Shown in pieces: positions 26,291-38,884 of a DNA stretch of 64,000 nt. Location: NCBI RefSeq assembly GCF_036321535.1, contig NC_087436.1, forward strand, positions 38,442,001-38,506,000, read 5' to 3'. The stretch comes from Camelus dromedarius (lineage: Eukaryota). The position numbers and the translations under genes are program-made. The notes below the pieces were generated by a model. That model worked only from the letters and a program-made list of their open reading frames with translations, searched no databases and was not told the DNA's origin. How positions within the stretch are numbered: the first letter of the stretch is position 1; every line of letters begins with the position of its first letter.

Positions 26291-29200
26291 AGAAAGGAGC
26301 TGTGTTTTCATATTTTTAAGAAATGGACCAAAGCTGCTTAACTTTTTGTTTTTAGACCCATTTGCTAAAATTATAAAAATACAAATTTGTAATTAGTTTG
26401 TAAGAACATCTAATCAGCACCAGGAAAATGGGTAATTTAATAATCACTTTTCGACAGAAACTTTGCATAACTGCTAAATACAGGTAAACAAATAAGAAGT
26501 CAACAATGCACATCTTCCATTTGGATTTTCTTATCTTTGTGATGTATCTCTTTTAGCTCTGATGGTCAAAAAACCAAAAACTCAAAAAACAAGTTTAAAA
26601 ACTCAAATATTAAAATAAGCTGAAATAAGTATTGGACTTTTAAATCACTGTTCAGAAATAATCAGACCAAGATTTTTAAGAGTAAGGACATATATTAGCC
26701 ACATAAGTCTTAATATAGTTAATATACTTAGTGAAAGTAAAATTAATCTAGTTTCCATTTTTTAATAAACATGTCTTTATCTTATCTTTCTTAATTTCTA
26801 ATACACACACACACATATACACAATACCTAATACTGTGGAAAATGTCTATAATTTAGAGATAAATAAACCTGTATCAGGGTGTATTTATTATTTTTTCTG
26901 TTACTTTCAGTTCTGTTACTGATGAGATACACTATTTTAAACAAGATCTTTGAGAAAGAGAAGGTACATTTACACTTCCAGAGTTCTTTCAATAACCTTG
27001 CTTCAAGTTCCAGTCTCCCAGAGGGCACTGGCAAGTGTATTTGGAGCATTAAGTAAAGTCCTGCTCTTCCCACACCCCTGATCTTTTCCCTAAGGCAGGC
27101 AGCCATCCTAGGAATAGCAGCACGAAGTCCCTGAGATGTTCAACTTCCTTCCATGTTAACAGTAGTATTTTTAGCTGTTCTTGCCAAATAAATATTATCA
27201 CTTCTTACTAATTCAATGGAGACTAAAGATAACTCAAAATTAATAACAATCTTAATGTAAAATTCCAAAAACAAAAAGGAACCTACCTTATTAATAATAT
27301 TTTAATTCTAAAGACTCATAACTACATCTTACTTGTAATAACAAAATTTTGTGAATAACTTTAATGTATCTAAAGGCTACAGTCCATTGTTTCTCATACT
27401 AGGGTCTACAAGAATATTCTTGGAGATATACTAATTAAATGAGTTCAAATTTGTTTTATTTTGATAATAGCTCAACACAGGTTTAAGGAGGTATATTCTG
27501 GATCATCCAGATGACTGCCTTAAAACAGAAATGCAACCTATTTTGGTGTAAAAAGTTAGCATCTGTATTTATAACCATATTGGCATCAGGCAATCATAAA
27601 AAGATACCATTTAATTTTTAATCCATTTGATCTCCAACATTAAACGGAAAACTCTGGAGTTCAGTAAGCCTTTTTGTTGTTAGTTGATGTTAAACAGATT
27701 ATGTATATTATTCAAGAATGAAAAACACTGTCATGCTCAAATAATAGAATTAACGTGCATGACTGACCTGTTAACCTGATAAATATGGCTTCACCATTGT
27801 ATTGCCTGAATGAGCTATAAACACAAGGCAAGTTATAAGAAAACTTTCAGTTAAAAAAGCCACGTTTATCTAAATAGGAAAATACAAACAAATTTAAAGT
27901 GAAGTGGTTTTTCATGTTTTCACAAAGCTTTCTCTTCCCATAAATGTTTTATAAAATGGTACTGACAAATATTTGAGAAAGATCCAACTTTACGGCTTAT
28001 TTACTTTGCTTTGTCTACAGACTATCTCAAAAAATACTTCTCCACTTACTCAAATAACATCTTAATTGTATTATTAGCTGGTAGATTTAGTAGAAATAAT
28101 TCACCTATATTTACATATTAAGCAATAATAAAAATAATCCTACATACAAAAGATTCAGAAGCAATAAGCTTAAAATGTACTATAGACATAAAGTATTTAA
28201 CTGAATTTAATATGTAATTATAAAATCATTTAAAATAAAATCTGTTTTTATTAACTGAATTGCAACCTTAGCTTTAAATTCGTCACAGAGGCTTGATGTA
28301 GGTAGTTTTCATATGAGAAACTGTTCTGAGTTGTTTTGATTGCAATTATATTTTAAAATATACTCTGCTGTCAATTCCAACTGATTGAAGAACCCATTTT
28401 TCATGTGTGTGTGTATGTGTATATATATATATATTAATATATATATTAGACCCACACATATATGCATGCACACACACACACATATATAAATATTCCATCC
28501 AAGAATCTCTGGAGATTAAATATGAATAAGATTATCACTTACTTTTTAAATTATGCCTTCTGGTGTCTAACCATTGTTGATCTACACAAGACTTCTAAGT
28601 GACTATATATTACTATCATAATAGAATTATAATTAAATAATACAACATAGCAATGCTTCCTGATAAGAACAGTCCATATTTCTCATTATAAGAACTTTTT
28701 AATATGGTTCAGTAATATTTGTACTGAATTTTCAATAAAGATAAAATTTTAATATCCTACATATGCAACTGGATCATTAAAAATTATGAATTATGCAAGT
28801 AGAGATATATTTGTTAACTATATTAAGCCATTGCTTATTAATAAAATGTCATGATTGAACTTTGTTCTATGATTTTGAACATGTGGGTCAACAATCAAAG
28901 AGTCCTTTGGAGGAAAGTATTTGGGGAAAATAGATCTTTAGGAGATTTACATTATGCAATTTAATTTTTAAGTTTATGAAAAATGTAAACATTCATTAGA
29001 TCTACAAAATAAACCTCAAGTAATCACAGTAGAAAATTTCTGATTTTAATTCTTGCTCTTAGCATCAAATGAGAAATGATCTATATGAAATAAGAAAAAG
29101 AATAACTAAGATTTATGACAGCAGCCTTTCTTTGAAAGCAAGCAAGCTCCCCAAACTGACATAAATATCTATGTGGACAGGATTTTTTTTATCTAAATTT

Positions 29201-30639
29201 AGTAGGTGAATGTCTTATTAAAATTATCACAAAGATAAGTACCCCTGATTTAGAACAAAATGCTCTATTTCAAGATATTGGACTCAAGTAATAAAATAAC
29301 ATCAGGCAATCTGATGGAAAACTGACATAAGTCTATTAGAATAATAATTCAACTACTTAAAATGTTATCTTTTCAATGTAAAAACAAATACACAAATTAA
29401 ATATAAATGTAAATAAATGTTTTCAGGCATGTGTGTATGCATACAGGCACAATGTTTAAAAGAAGGATGCCAGTTCTGTAATATATTATGATTCAATATT
29501 TCATTCTGATGTATCCCACATATACAAGTACCTTAGAAATCACTAAATTCTTTTTTCCTCATTTCACTTTAAACTAAAGCACATACGCGCACACACACTC
29601 TCAGGCTGTAGGTTTAAAGGTATTATTTCACGTGTAAACAGTGCCATCTTGTGGCAGTTGAAACTATTTGAGTATGGGCATAAAATTCATTATGGATTGT
29701 AAGGGCCATTTTCTTGGCAAGTCAAGTCAAGAGGTTATTGAACATATGCAGGCTAAAACCAGTTAATATTTTAAAAATAAGAGGATTTTCTGGTATGTCT
29801 TCAAATAGAAATAATTTTAAGAGAAACTAAGTCAGGAACCTTAGATCCTACTACCAAATCTACTAATCAGGTATTCAATCTTAGACTATCTAGTGACTCT
29901 GGACCTCAGTTTCCTCATCTGTAGGATTGTCCAACTAAGTTATTAATTTATTTTCTGTCCAAAATTCCATTTGATTCTACCTTTAGAAATTTGTACAAGT
30001 ACTTCTGATTTTAGCATCATAATATGGAATACAGGCCCGTTTATGACTTAAGTTTCCATAGTTACCTCTTTTATTAATACTGATTTGTCTAGTTATACAT
30101 TCTGCTTGAATTTGATTCAGAAATATATCTTAATTTATACTTCTCCCTGGCTGAATAATCTTCCCCTAAACAATACACATTAGAAAGACTTCACTGAATT
30201 ATGAACAAAAGTAAACTCACTAAACTCAAGTAATTGAAAACAAGTTTTTAAAAAACCTTCCGTAAAGATGAGTGTGCATGATTTTGATAAGATGAGGTCA
30301 ATGTCAAATCATGTATCCAAAAGTTAATGGGAAAGAAGTCCCTCCAAAGCTTCTAGAATCATGAGTGTTAACAGTGATAAATAAGAAGTAGGACAAGCTC
30401 AAATCTTGAGCAGCTCTTCCTGACATCCCCTGACCAATACTACCATATATTGCAAGCTTGCCCCCTTGGATTCTGTACTTCCATTTCATTCTTCCTCCAT
30501 ATCAGTCATCAAAACTCAATTATTTCTTCAAAACATCTTGCTCTGATGTATACCTTCTTATTTAAACTCTGTCATCTATGTAGTCCAGCAATTCAACCTC
30601 CTAGGCCTGCATTACTAAAATATCCATCACAGTTTACTG

Positions 30640-31075
30640 CCTTTCAAAGAGTGATTTAAGAACTTGCATCAGAATCACTTGGAATGCTGGTTACAACATG
30701 TCATTTCTTATAGCCCATGCAGTAGACCAGCACTGTCCAATATAAATGTAACACATCACTTATGTAATTTTAAATGTGCTGGTAGATTGATAAAAAAAAA
30801 CAGAAACAAAAAAGTGAAATTATTCCACTAATATATTTTATTTAATCCAATGCATGTATAATATCATCTTAATATGTAATCAGTTAAAAACTTTATACTT
30901 GTAGTACATCTCAATTAGGACTAACACATTTCAAGTACTTAAGCGTCACCTGTAGTTAGTGGCTGTGGTACTGAACTGAACCAGACTTTAAAAAGGGGGA
31001 ATAGAAGCCAGGAATCTACATATTTTGCAAAATACCCAAGTCATCTTTCATATACTCAAGTTTGAGAACCACCCC
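30640..31075. mobile_element. MER5-type element with nested MER33/MER3-like element (30729-30980)
   Basis: Outer: tgcatcagaatcacttgga...aagtttgagaaccac; inner: cagcactgtccaata...cacatttcaagtact...tagtggct. Confidence 0.7.
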
Positions 31076-32256
31076 TCTACATGGTCCTGTATATAATCTA
31101 TTCTACAATCATTACAGAATCTACACTTGGGGGAAAAAAAAATGCCCCTTTAATTACATCAGTCCTAAGAATTTAAAAATCCCTGGTACCTCTAGTTCAG
31201 TCAACTCAGATGGGTATTCAAAGCTCCCTAAAAGTGGCAACACTTCATCCATCCAACCTGCTCTCCAACTGGAAAATGTTTTGGGTTCTTCCATGAAGTT
31301 TTCCTAGGCAAATACTAAAATATTAATTGAACAAATATTTCTGGAGTACCCACTAAATGTCATCATGAATCCTCGGCCAAAACAGGAATATATAAAACAA
31401 ATCTTTAAATAATGATAATGTAATTGTGTTCATTGCAACAATGAAAGCAATGTCCTAAAACAGCACTACGAGATGCTATGAGAAAGCATGAGCAGGAACT
31501 TACAGTTTGAGGGATCAAAGAAAGTTTCTTTAATGCATTAACATTTAAGTTTAAAAAGTATAAATATAATTAGAAATTTAAACAAATAAAATGAAATTTC
31601 TGGGCAAAGGAATCCACATTATGAAAACCCTTGAGTTGGAAAAGTTACTAAAGAAGTAGGCAGATTAGGACAGTAAACTGAAAGATGGCTGCCCAGATAG
31701 GCAGAGCCAGGTAAGATCAAATGTGAGCCTTCAACTTTTTAAAAATTTTATATGTTTAAACAAAACTAGATTACAAACTCAAAAAGTACAGACCATGTCT
31801 TCTAAACCTTAATTCTTATATCTCCTTATTGAACACAAAAAGCATTAACAAATACTTCCTCTGTACAAGGACATTTCACTTATTTTGCTAGCCTTTTAAA
31901 TTCCAGAATGTCCAAAATCATACTAACAATTACTTGTTTGTTCAGATAATTCACAAACTGTATTATTATGAAACTGAAGGAAGTCTTTCCTGAAGTGCTG
32001 AGTAGTGTCTTAGAAAAAGAGACAATTTCTATATGGAGTAGGGTGAGCATCATGCCCTACCAGAGTGATGCCAGAATTCTGGCTCTAACCCAAAATACTG
32101 TTGGAAGGAGTGAAAAGATGGTGATTTAAACACACTATTACACACGTACCACAGAGACTAAAAGATGTAAGGAAAATATTTTACTAGGTCAAGCCAGCTT
32201 ATTACCTATTATACCTGTTTCACTCCTCAAACTGATCAAAATCTGATATATAACAT

Positions 32257-32769
32257 TGTGATAGGCAGAGTTGTAAGATGGCTCCCAAAATGTGTGGTCT
32301 CTGGGGAGCATATCTTATATACCTCCCCTTGAGTATAGCAAGACCTGTAATTATGAGGAGAAATACTTTGAGGATTAGGTTCATTAAAGAGGAAGTTATC
32401 CGACTGGGTCTGACCTAATATGATGAGCCCTTAAAAAGAACCTCCCTGAAGTCAGAGAGGCTGGAAGTGAAGGCCTACAGAAGGGCTTCCTAGCAAAAGC
32501 ACAAGCCTGTCCTCTGGCCAACAGGCAGCAAGTCAACGAGAACCTCGGTCCAAGAACCACAAGGATATTAATTCTGCCAAGAACCAAGGGGCTCAGAAAA
32601 GGACCCCAGATTCTAGTGCAGACAGATGCCTTTACTTCAAACTTGTGAGACTGAGCACCCAGCCATGCCATGCCCAGACTCCTGAACTAAGGACTGAGAT
32701 AATAAGTAAGTCTTGCTTTAAAACACTAATCTGTGGTAATCTGTTATGCAGCAATAGAAAACTAATACA
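32257..32769 (+). mobile_element. MLT1 (D/E/F-like) solo LTR immediately upstream of the CpG island
   Basis: tgtgataggcaga..taagatggctccc start; tgttatgcagcaatagaaaactaataca end. Confidence 0.8.
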
Positions 32770-33513
32770 CTCAGGAACTTTCTCATATATAAGTAAATAA
32801 CAGTATGTCTAGTGGTTAAGTTTTTCAGACTTCATTTTACAAACAACCTATCCAATTGCTTTAAGAATAAAATTGTTTCACAATTGACATGAAACACTGT
32901 GTACTATCTCCTTAATACTTCTCATCCTAACATTAAAAGTCATTAAATTTGTTAGTCAAAATTCACTGAAAAACTTGAGGTCACCTTTTTCCTGACCAGT
33001 CGCCCAAAGGTGGGCAGGGTGTACAGAGCTCAAACTGGACCAGCAGGCGCAGCCCCCTGCTGCTCCCAGACTCAGCCTCGGAGCGGGCTCGGCGGGGTGG
33101 GCGGGTAGAGGTGAGCTTAGTCCAGACTGACAGGGGACTGAGAAATGGATGCGGTACACCTCTTTAATTTCTAAACGTCCCTTTAATCCCTCTTTTTCTC
33201 AGGAGAAGCCGCGCTCTCACACTGTGGCTGGGCCGCCTCGCACGCAGTTGCTTTACGAACTCCCGAAACATCTAGCGAGTTTCCATCGCCCACTAAGGAT
33301 CACTGGGGCCACTCAAGGTGCAGCCGGCGGACCGTTCGCATTATTTTCAAAAGATCTTTCAGACTCAGAAATTGTGCTCCTTGTTCGCTCTGTCCGCAGA
33401 CCTAGGGAGGGAGCGGCCACTAAAACGGGATCCAGCATCTTCCTCCCTGGGTCGCAGTGCACAACAAGCATCCATCCGAGCTTCCTTACCAGGAACAGAC
33501 CTTGCCTACCCAC

Positions 33514-33660
33514 TGCGCCTGCGCCAATAGCTGGCTCCGGCGACGGCTGAAAAAAGGGGCAGGACCTCCCCGCGTAGGGCGGGGCCCAAAGGCTCGTAGC
33601 GCCTGCGCACAGAGCCCCACGGCGTCCTGCGTCGTTACTTTTGAAACGAGTGGCGGGGAA
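33514..33660 (+). promoter_or_regulatory. Core cell-cycle promoter motifs: NRF1-like (33514-33525, 33599-33609), CCAAT (33524-33528), GC box (33577-33584), CHR TTTGAA (33640-33645), E2F-like TGGCGGGGAA (33651-33660)
   Basis: Motifs read directly; CHR plus CCAAT plus E2F is the usual layout of DREAM/MMB-regulated cell-cycle genes. Confidence 0.65.
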
Positions 33661-33729
33661 CTGCTCTGGAAGCCCCTGGTGTCGCTGTCTGCAGGGTGGA
33701 AGCGCGTGCCTTCGTCCGTGAGCTTGGCC

Positions 33730-33802
33730 ATGGCGCTGCAGCTCTCCCGGGAGCAAGGCATCACCCTGCGCGGGAGCGCCGAAATCGTGGCCGAGTTCTT
33801 CT
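33730..33802 (+). CDS. MAD2L1: MAD2L1 coding exon 1 (MALQLSREQGITLRGSAEIVAEFF-S)
   Basis: ATG in strong Kozak context (gccATGg) at 33730; translation matches the Mad2 N-terminus; donor T|GTAAGT at 33802/33803; 73 nt. Confidence 0.98.
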
Positions 33803-34592
33803 GTAAGTTCTCCTCGCGCAGCAGGAGGGCGGGAAGAACTGAGCCCAGGCCGCCTGGTAGGCCCGCGGCTGGCCTCCGAGGCGGGGAAGCCGGGTGGGCC
33901 CGAGTGGCCCCGAATTCAGGCCTTCTCAGCCTGCAGGAGGAATCGGGGAAGAGGCGGGTGCAGGCGCGACTTCTGGACGCATTGCTAATGGTGGAGGAGG
34001 CCTAGGGCTGCGGAGGCCTGCCTCGCGACGCAGCCCCTTCGCCAGGAGCATTTCTTTAAAGCGCCGATCCTCCTTCCCCCGCCCCCTCCCCAGGTGAATC
34101 TGGAGTTGAAGGTGATGGGACTAGATTTCCGGAAGCACTGTTCTGGACCAGGCCGGTTGTACCTTCTGATAGAACCTGACAGGACTTGTGAGAAGAAATG
34201 GAGGAAAAGAGACAGGGAGAGGCTTGCCTGGGGCACTGGACTGCCAATCAGTTGCCTATTTTGACATCCTTTAACCATATAATCTGAATTTGGTCTTCAT
34301 TTCAAATTCTTGAAATGAAATTTGGCAGCAGTAGATTAACGCAGTTTGGTATCTTTCATTGTCACATAAATACTTTTTTTGCAGGCGCTTTCTCTCTTAA
34401 AAGTAAAATTTTAAGGATTTTTTAATGCCACTTTGTACCTACTCTGCTTTCAGCAAAACACGCAGAAACACCTGTGTTTAGACATCTGCAACCTTACACC
34501 ATTACTGAAACTACAGCCACAGCTAACTGCTTTATTTCCCTAATTATTACAAAGTGATAATGACCTTGCTGTAACATTTCTTTTGTTTTCAG

Positions 34593-34739
34593 CATTTGGC
34601 ATCAACAGCATTTTATATCAGCGTGGTATATATCCATCTGAAACCTTTACTCGAGTGCAGAAATATGGACTCACTTTGCTTGTAACCACTGATCCTGAGC
34701 TCATAAAATACCTAAATAATGTCGTGGAACAACTAAAAG
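34593..34739 (+). CDS. MAD2L1: MAD2L1 coding exon 2 (S-FGINSILYQRGIYPSETFTRVQKYGLTLLVTTDPELIKYLNNVVEQLK-E)
   Basis: Acceptor ttttgttttcAG at 34591-34592, donor G|GTATTT; 147 nt in phase with exon 1; HORMA-domain ILYQRGIYP motif. Confidence 0.98.
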
Positions 34740-36102
34740 GTATTTAATTGATGGAAACAGTTTTGAGTTTTGCAGACCTTCTAGGATCCACATTTTCTAG
34801 CATCTTGGTGATCATTTTTCAGCTCTGAGCATAGTGGTGTAAAATACACCACTGTCTCAAATATAGTGAATCAACTGGGAGGAAACAAATGATATATAAA
34901 TTGAAAGAAATCCCACCATTCCCCCACCACATTTTGAGTTGGCTGCATATTTTAATGCTAGGAATCTGATATGACTTAACAAAACAATCTCCATCAACTC
35001 CTTTAAAATGACTATTGCAGTTTATGTAACCTAATGGGACACACTAGAAGTTTATGTAGTTATGATGGTGTTCATTATTTGAGAAAAATCCACTATGTAT
35101 TCTTAATATATTTTTTGTAATTGCTTGGAGTCTAAAGCCATTGTTGTATTAAGATCAAGAAATTAAAACTGAATTCAGCCTGGGAACTAAACTTGAAAAA
35201 AAAAAAAATGAAGAACTACTAAATAATAGAGTACCCATTAAAATTTTCTTACTTTTCACCTATTTCTATTTGTCTTTTTAAAAAATTCTGCCTGAGTCAG
35301 TAAGCCTTTTTCTATCTGAACACTCATTTTTTCCTTTTAGTTCAAGAAGTTACAGTATTGTTGGATCAATATTTGTTTTCCATCTATTCCTTTTCTTCTT
35401 CTAAAATTCTTGTTAGTTTCTCTTTCATGTTTCTCTCCTTTTAGAATTCTCACTTCTAATTTTTCTCTGTTGTAGGATAGTTCTCCCTATCTACCCATTT
35501 GATCTTCTAAAATACTAGTTCTAAAAAAACACTATGGTCCTCATCTTTTTTTTTATTTTAAAATTTATGAATTTTTTTTTTTGTTGTTTCAAATAGTTTC
35601 ATTTTTAAATTACATCATTTTATTTTCATTAACTTGAGGGCTAAATCACCCATAGTCATTCATAGGGCTGCATTCAGATTATCTGGCATGGAACCTCTAG
35701 GCAACAATGCATCTATGTCTTCATCTTAATTTGATGGAGAAGCAAGCCTTGCCTAAGCTACTGGTTTTTGGGTTGTCTCCTTTGAGACTAATGGCGTTTC
35801 ACCTCAGATGTATCTAGACCTTCTTATTTAACTTCTTGCTTTTATTTTAGTTAAAATGGAGGGATTGGTCTTTACAGGCAAATTGTTCAGTCTGTTTTAA
35901 ATCCCATTCCTCTAGCCTACTTAGGAACTTTACCCTATTCCTTCTCTCTTGTACTGTCAACTTGTTTGTTTTGATTATTCCCATCGGTTTCATTTCTTTG
36001 CAATTTTAAATGGGGAAAAAAATTATCACCTACCCTAGATTTTCAAATTACCATCTAATCTCTCCTTTTCAGAACTAAACTGATAAAAGTTGTTCATATA
36101 TG

Positions 36103-36525
36103 CCAGGGGTAAGCAAGGCTGACAGGCCAAATCCAGCAAGTGGCCTATTTTTGTATTGCCTGCAAGCTAAGAATATTTTATATTTTTAAAGGGTTGTTTT
36201 TAAAAAGACTATGTACTAGGAGTTTGAGATTTGCAAATGATAACAATTATATATAAAAATAGATTAAAAAAGCAATTTTTTTCTGTATAACACAGGGAAC
36301 TATATTCAGTATCTTGTAATAACCTTTAATGAAAAAGAATATGAAAATGAATGTATGTGTATATATGCATGACTGGGACATGGAGGCTGTACACCAGAAA
36401 TTGATCATTGTAATTGATGATACTTCAATTAAAAAAAAAAAGACTGTAACCTAGTTAGCCCACAAGCCTTAAATATTTCTAAATTATTTTCTATCCCAAG
36501 AAACAAAAAACTGCTGATTCCTGAA
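36103..36525. mobile_element. MER58-like hAT element in MAD2L1 intron 2, split by an L1 3' end
   Basis: ccagggg...ggccaaatccagc...ttttgta...gctaagaat; resumes gcccacaagccttaaatattt. Confidence 0.6.
36215..36441 (+). mobile_element. 5'-truncated L1 3' end with poly(A) tail
   Basis: cacagggaactatattcagtatcttgtaataacc...gctgtacaccagaaattga...poly(A); flanking duplication aaaaagact at 36202-36210 and 36437-36445. Confidence 0.85.
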
Positions 36526-37705
36526 TATACTATCCCAATTTCTAAGATTAATTCAGGACTCAATCTGTGAGGCCCTCTTCCTATAGTCTCTCTCTAGTTG
36601 ATCTCTTACAAAGGTTCAGTAATAACCTTTGTGTAATTGACTCACTAACCTCTTCTAACTCTCGGCTCATATACTGAGTGGCTCCTTCGATGCCTTAATG
36701 TGGCTATCCCAGATCTACTTCAGACTCAGCATATTAAAAACTAATTTGAAATCATCTCCATTTCAGTTCTCTTTCCTCTCAGTGAATGAGTCAACCATCC
36801 AACTAGAATATAAATCAGAAACTTGGGATTTAGCCCTGATTTATTCTTCTTTACTCTCAGAGGTAATCCAATAAATCTTAACAATTTTAACCATGAAATC
36901 TCTTGACTCTGTCTACTGCTCCATCTCTACCAGTTTATCCTCCTACAAGCCTTTATTACATCTTGCTTGAATTACTAATTAGTGTCTGTACATCCCCTAT
37001 TTACCTCCAATTCACTCCCCACATCACATCCAGAATGATAGTTTTGAAATACAAGTCTAATTACTTCATACCCTGCTTCAAACACAGTAATGACCTCCTT
37101 AGTTCTTAAAGTATAATTTCCTTAATTTGGCCCACATGGCCTTGCATGGTCTGGCCCCTGTTTATCTTGCCAGACTTGCCTTGTTCATTCTCCCTTTCTT
37201 AACTGCCATTGTACTGGCCTTTCAGTCCTCTGACCTGATGCTCTTCCCTTTCGCGTCTTTAAGACATATACCTCTTTCCTATCCTTTTGCATATTTAATG
37301 TTGCTGATTCTTAGGACTAAATTCAAACCATCCCTGAGTGACTCAAATTTTCCTATTTTATGCTTTTATAGCACCATATATCACACCTTCATAGCAGTTA
37401 TCACAATTATAATTCATGTTTATTGGTGCAATGATTAATACCATCTCCTACACTCTTCCCGTCGATTGGGATGGAAGTACCACATATTCACTACCTGCCC
37501 TCAGCACCCAGTACTATACCTAGCACAAATACTGAGAATTTGAAAGCAGCAGCTAGGTCATTGATGGGGCGAGTTTTCTCTACAATTTGGAGGAGATCCA
37601 AAATAGCAGTGGTAGAAATTTCCTGAAAGTAGGGAGGGGGACCTGGGAAGAAAGTTGGTTTGTAATGCAGTGCACCAAAAAAAGATGCCTTGTTATGTAT
37701 TGCAG

Positions 37706-37826
37706 AATGGTTATACAAATGTTCAGTTCAGAAACTGGTGGTAGTCATCTCAAATATTGAAAGTGGTGAGGTCCTTGAAAGATGGCAGTTTGATATTGAG
37801 TGTGACAAGACTGCAAAAGATGACAG
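37706..37826 (+). CDS. MAD2L1: MAD2L1 coding exon 3 (E-WLYKCSVQKLVVVISNIESGEVLERWQFDIECDKTAKDD-S)
   Basis: Acceptor ttgcAG ending 37705, donor AG|GTAAGT; 121 nt; contains the LERWQF motif. Confidence 0.98.
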
Positions 37827-38884
37827 GTAAGTATGAATTAAATTATTTCCACTTTCATGTGTTTATTCTAAAACTTGTTTTCTTTACTAAATGAGTTCTA
37901 ATTATATTGAATAAGTTTCATTTAAGGTATACTTTTTTTAAGATGTTTAATTTGATCTTCAGTCTCCTACGGAAAAGAACTGTGCTCACTTGGCGTATCA
38001 CTGGCTTGTATAGATAGTGTACTTTTAACATAATTGCCTTTAGTCTGAACTGGTGAATTTCAGACTAGTGTTTCTGGTGGTATATGCAAAACTACACATA
38101 ATGTACTAGGTGGCCCATTTAATGAACTGTCAATTCATTAAAAATTGTTAATTTTTTAATTGATAATTCATAAAAGAAATTATTTTTAAAAAGGACTTTT
38201 AACCATAAGGGATTATTAGACTCTCCCAGTTTAAGACGCAGCTCTACTGTATTTCATTTAATGCTACAAGTTTCCTAAGACTGTTCATAAACTCTGAAGT
38301 TTCCAGATGATGTGAGTGGGAAATGCCCATCATTATATGCTAATGTCTAGCATTAGCATAGGCATGCTTCCCTGTAAATTCAGAGCCATTTCTCATAATG
38401 AAATGTAGTTTGCTTCTGAAGCCTTTGGTCAATTTTAGGAAATTTTTAGCATATAAAAATAATCTGATATATAATTTAATATCTTTGAGGAATAAGGAAC
38501 TAGACATTTAGGCATTACTAAAAATGCCAGAATATTTGTAACAATTAAATATTTTAGATACTACTTATTATTTTTATTTTTTAAGAGTTCCTGATGTTTT
38601 CCTGACTTGGAGCATTTGGAAGATTTTTCTGGTCATCTGATACAAAATGACCTGATACTAAGATCAACCCTAAAATATGATTAGAAGAATAAATGAAATA
38701 ATAAAAACACATATTATGCCTATTGTGTTAAAGGTCCTTAGGATATACTTATACTTTTTTTTGTAATTCCTTTTTAATGCATTACTTAATTGATTTTGAA
38801 AGCATTTAATCAGATAATCTTACCAAAATTTTAAATAACTTGTTAAAACTTAAAATAAATTAATTAATTTGGCTTCTTTGATAG

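Larger units (their letters stand above)
33040..34100. promoter_or_regulatory. CpG island / MAD2L1 promoter and exon 1
   Basis: Sharp rise in GC and CpG content against an AT-rich background, spanning the start codon. Confidence 0.92.

Noticed and set aside
33457..34005. 182-aa ORF as an N-terminally extended Mad2
   Set aside because: Starts at GTG, has no in-frame ATG between the TAA at 33421 and 33730, and reads through the exon-1 donor into the intron; long open frames are expected in CpG islands
33149..34278. Several overlapping ORFs on both strands around the promoter
   Set aside because: Stop-poor GC-rich sequence; no recognisable protein similarity
38300..38425. Possible intronic C/D-box snoRNA (ATGATGT...CTGA)
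   Set aside because: C box is imperfect, there is no convincing terminal stem, and I recognised no rRNA/snRNA guide
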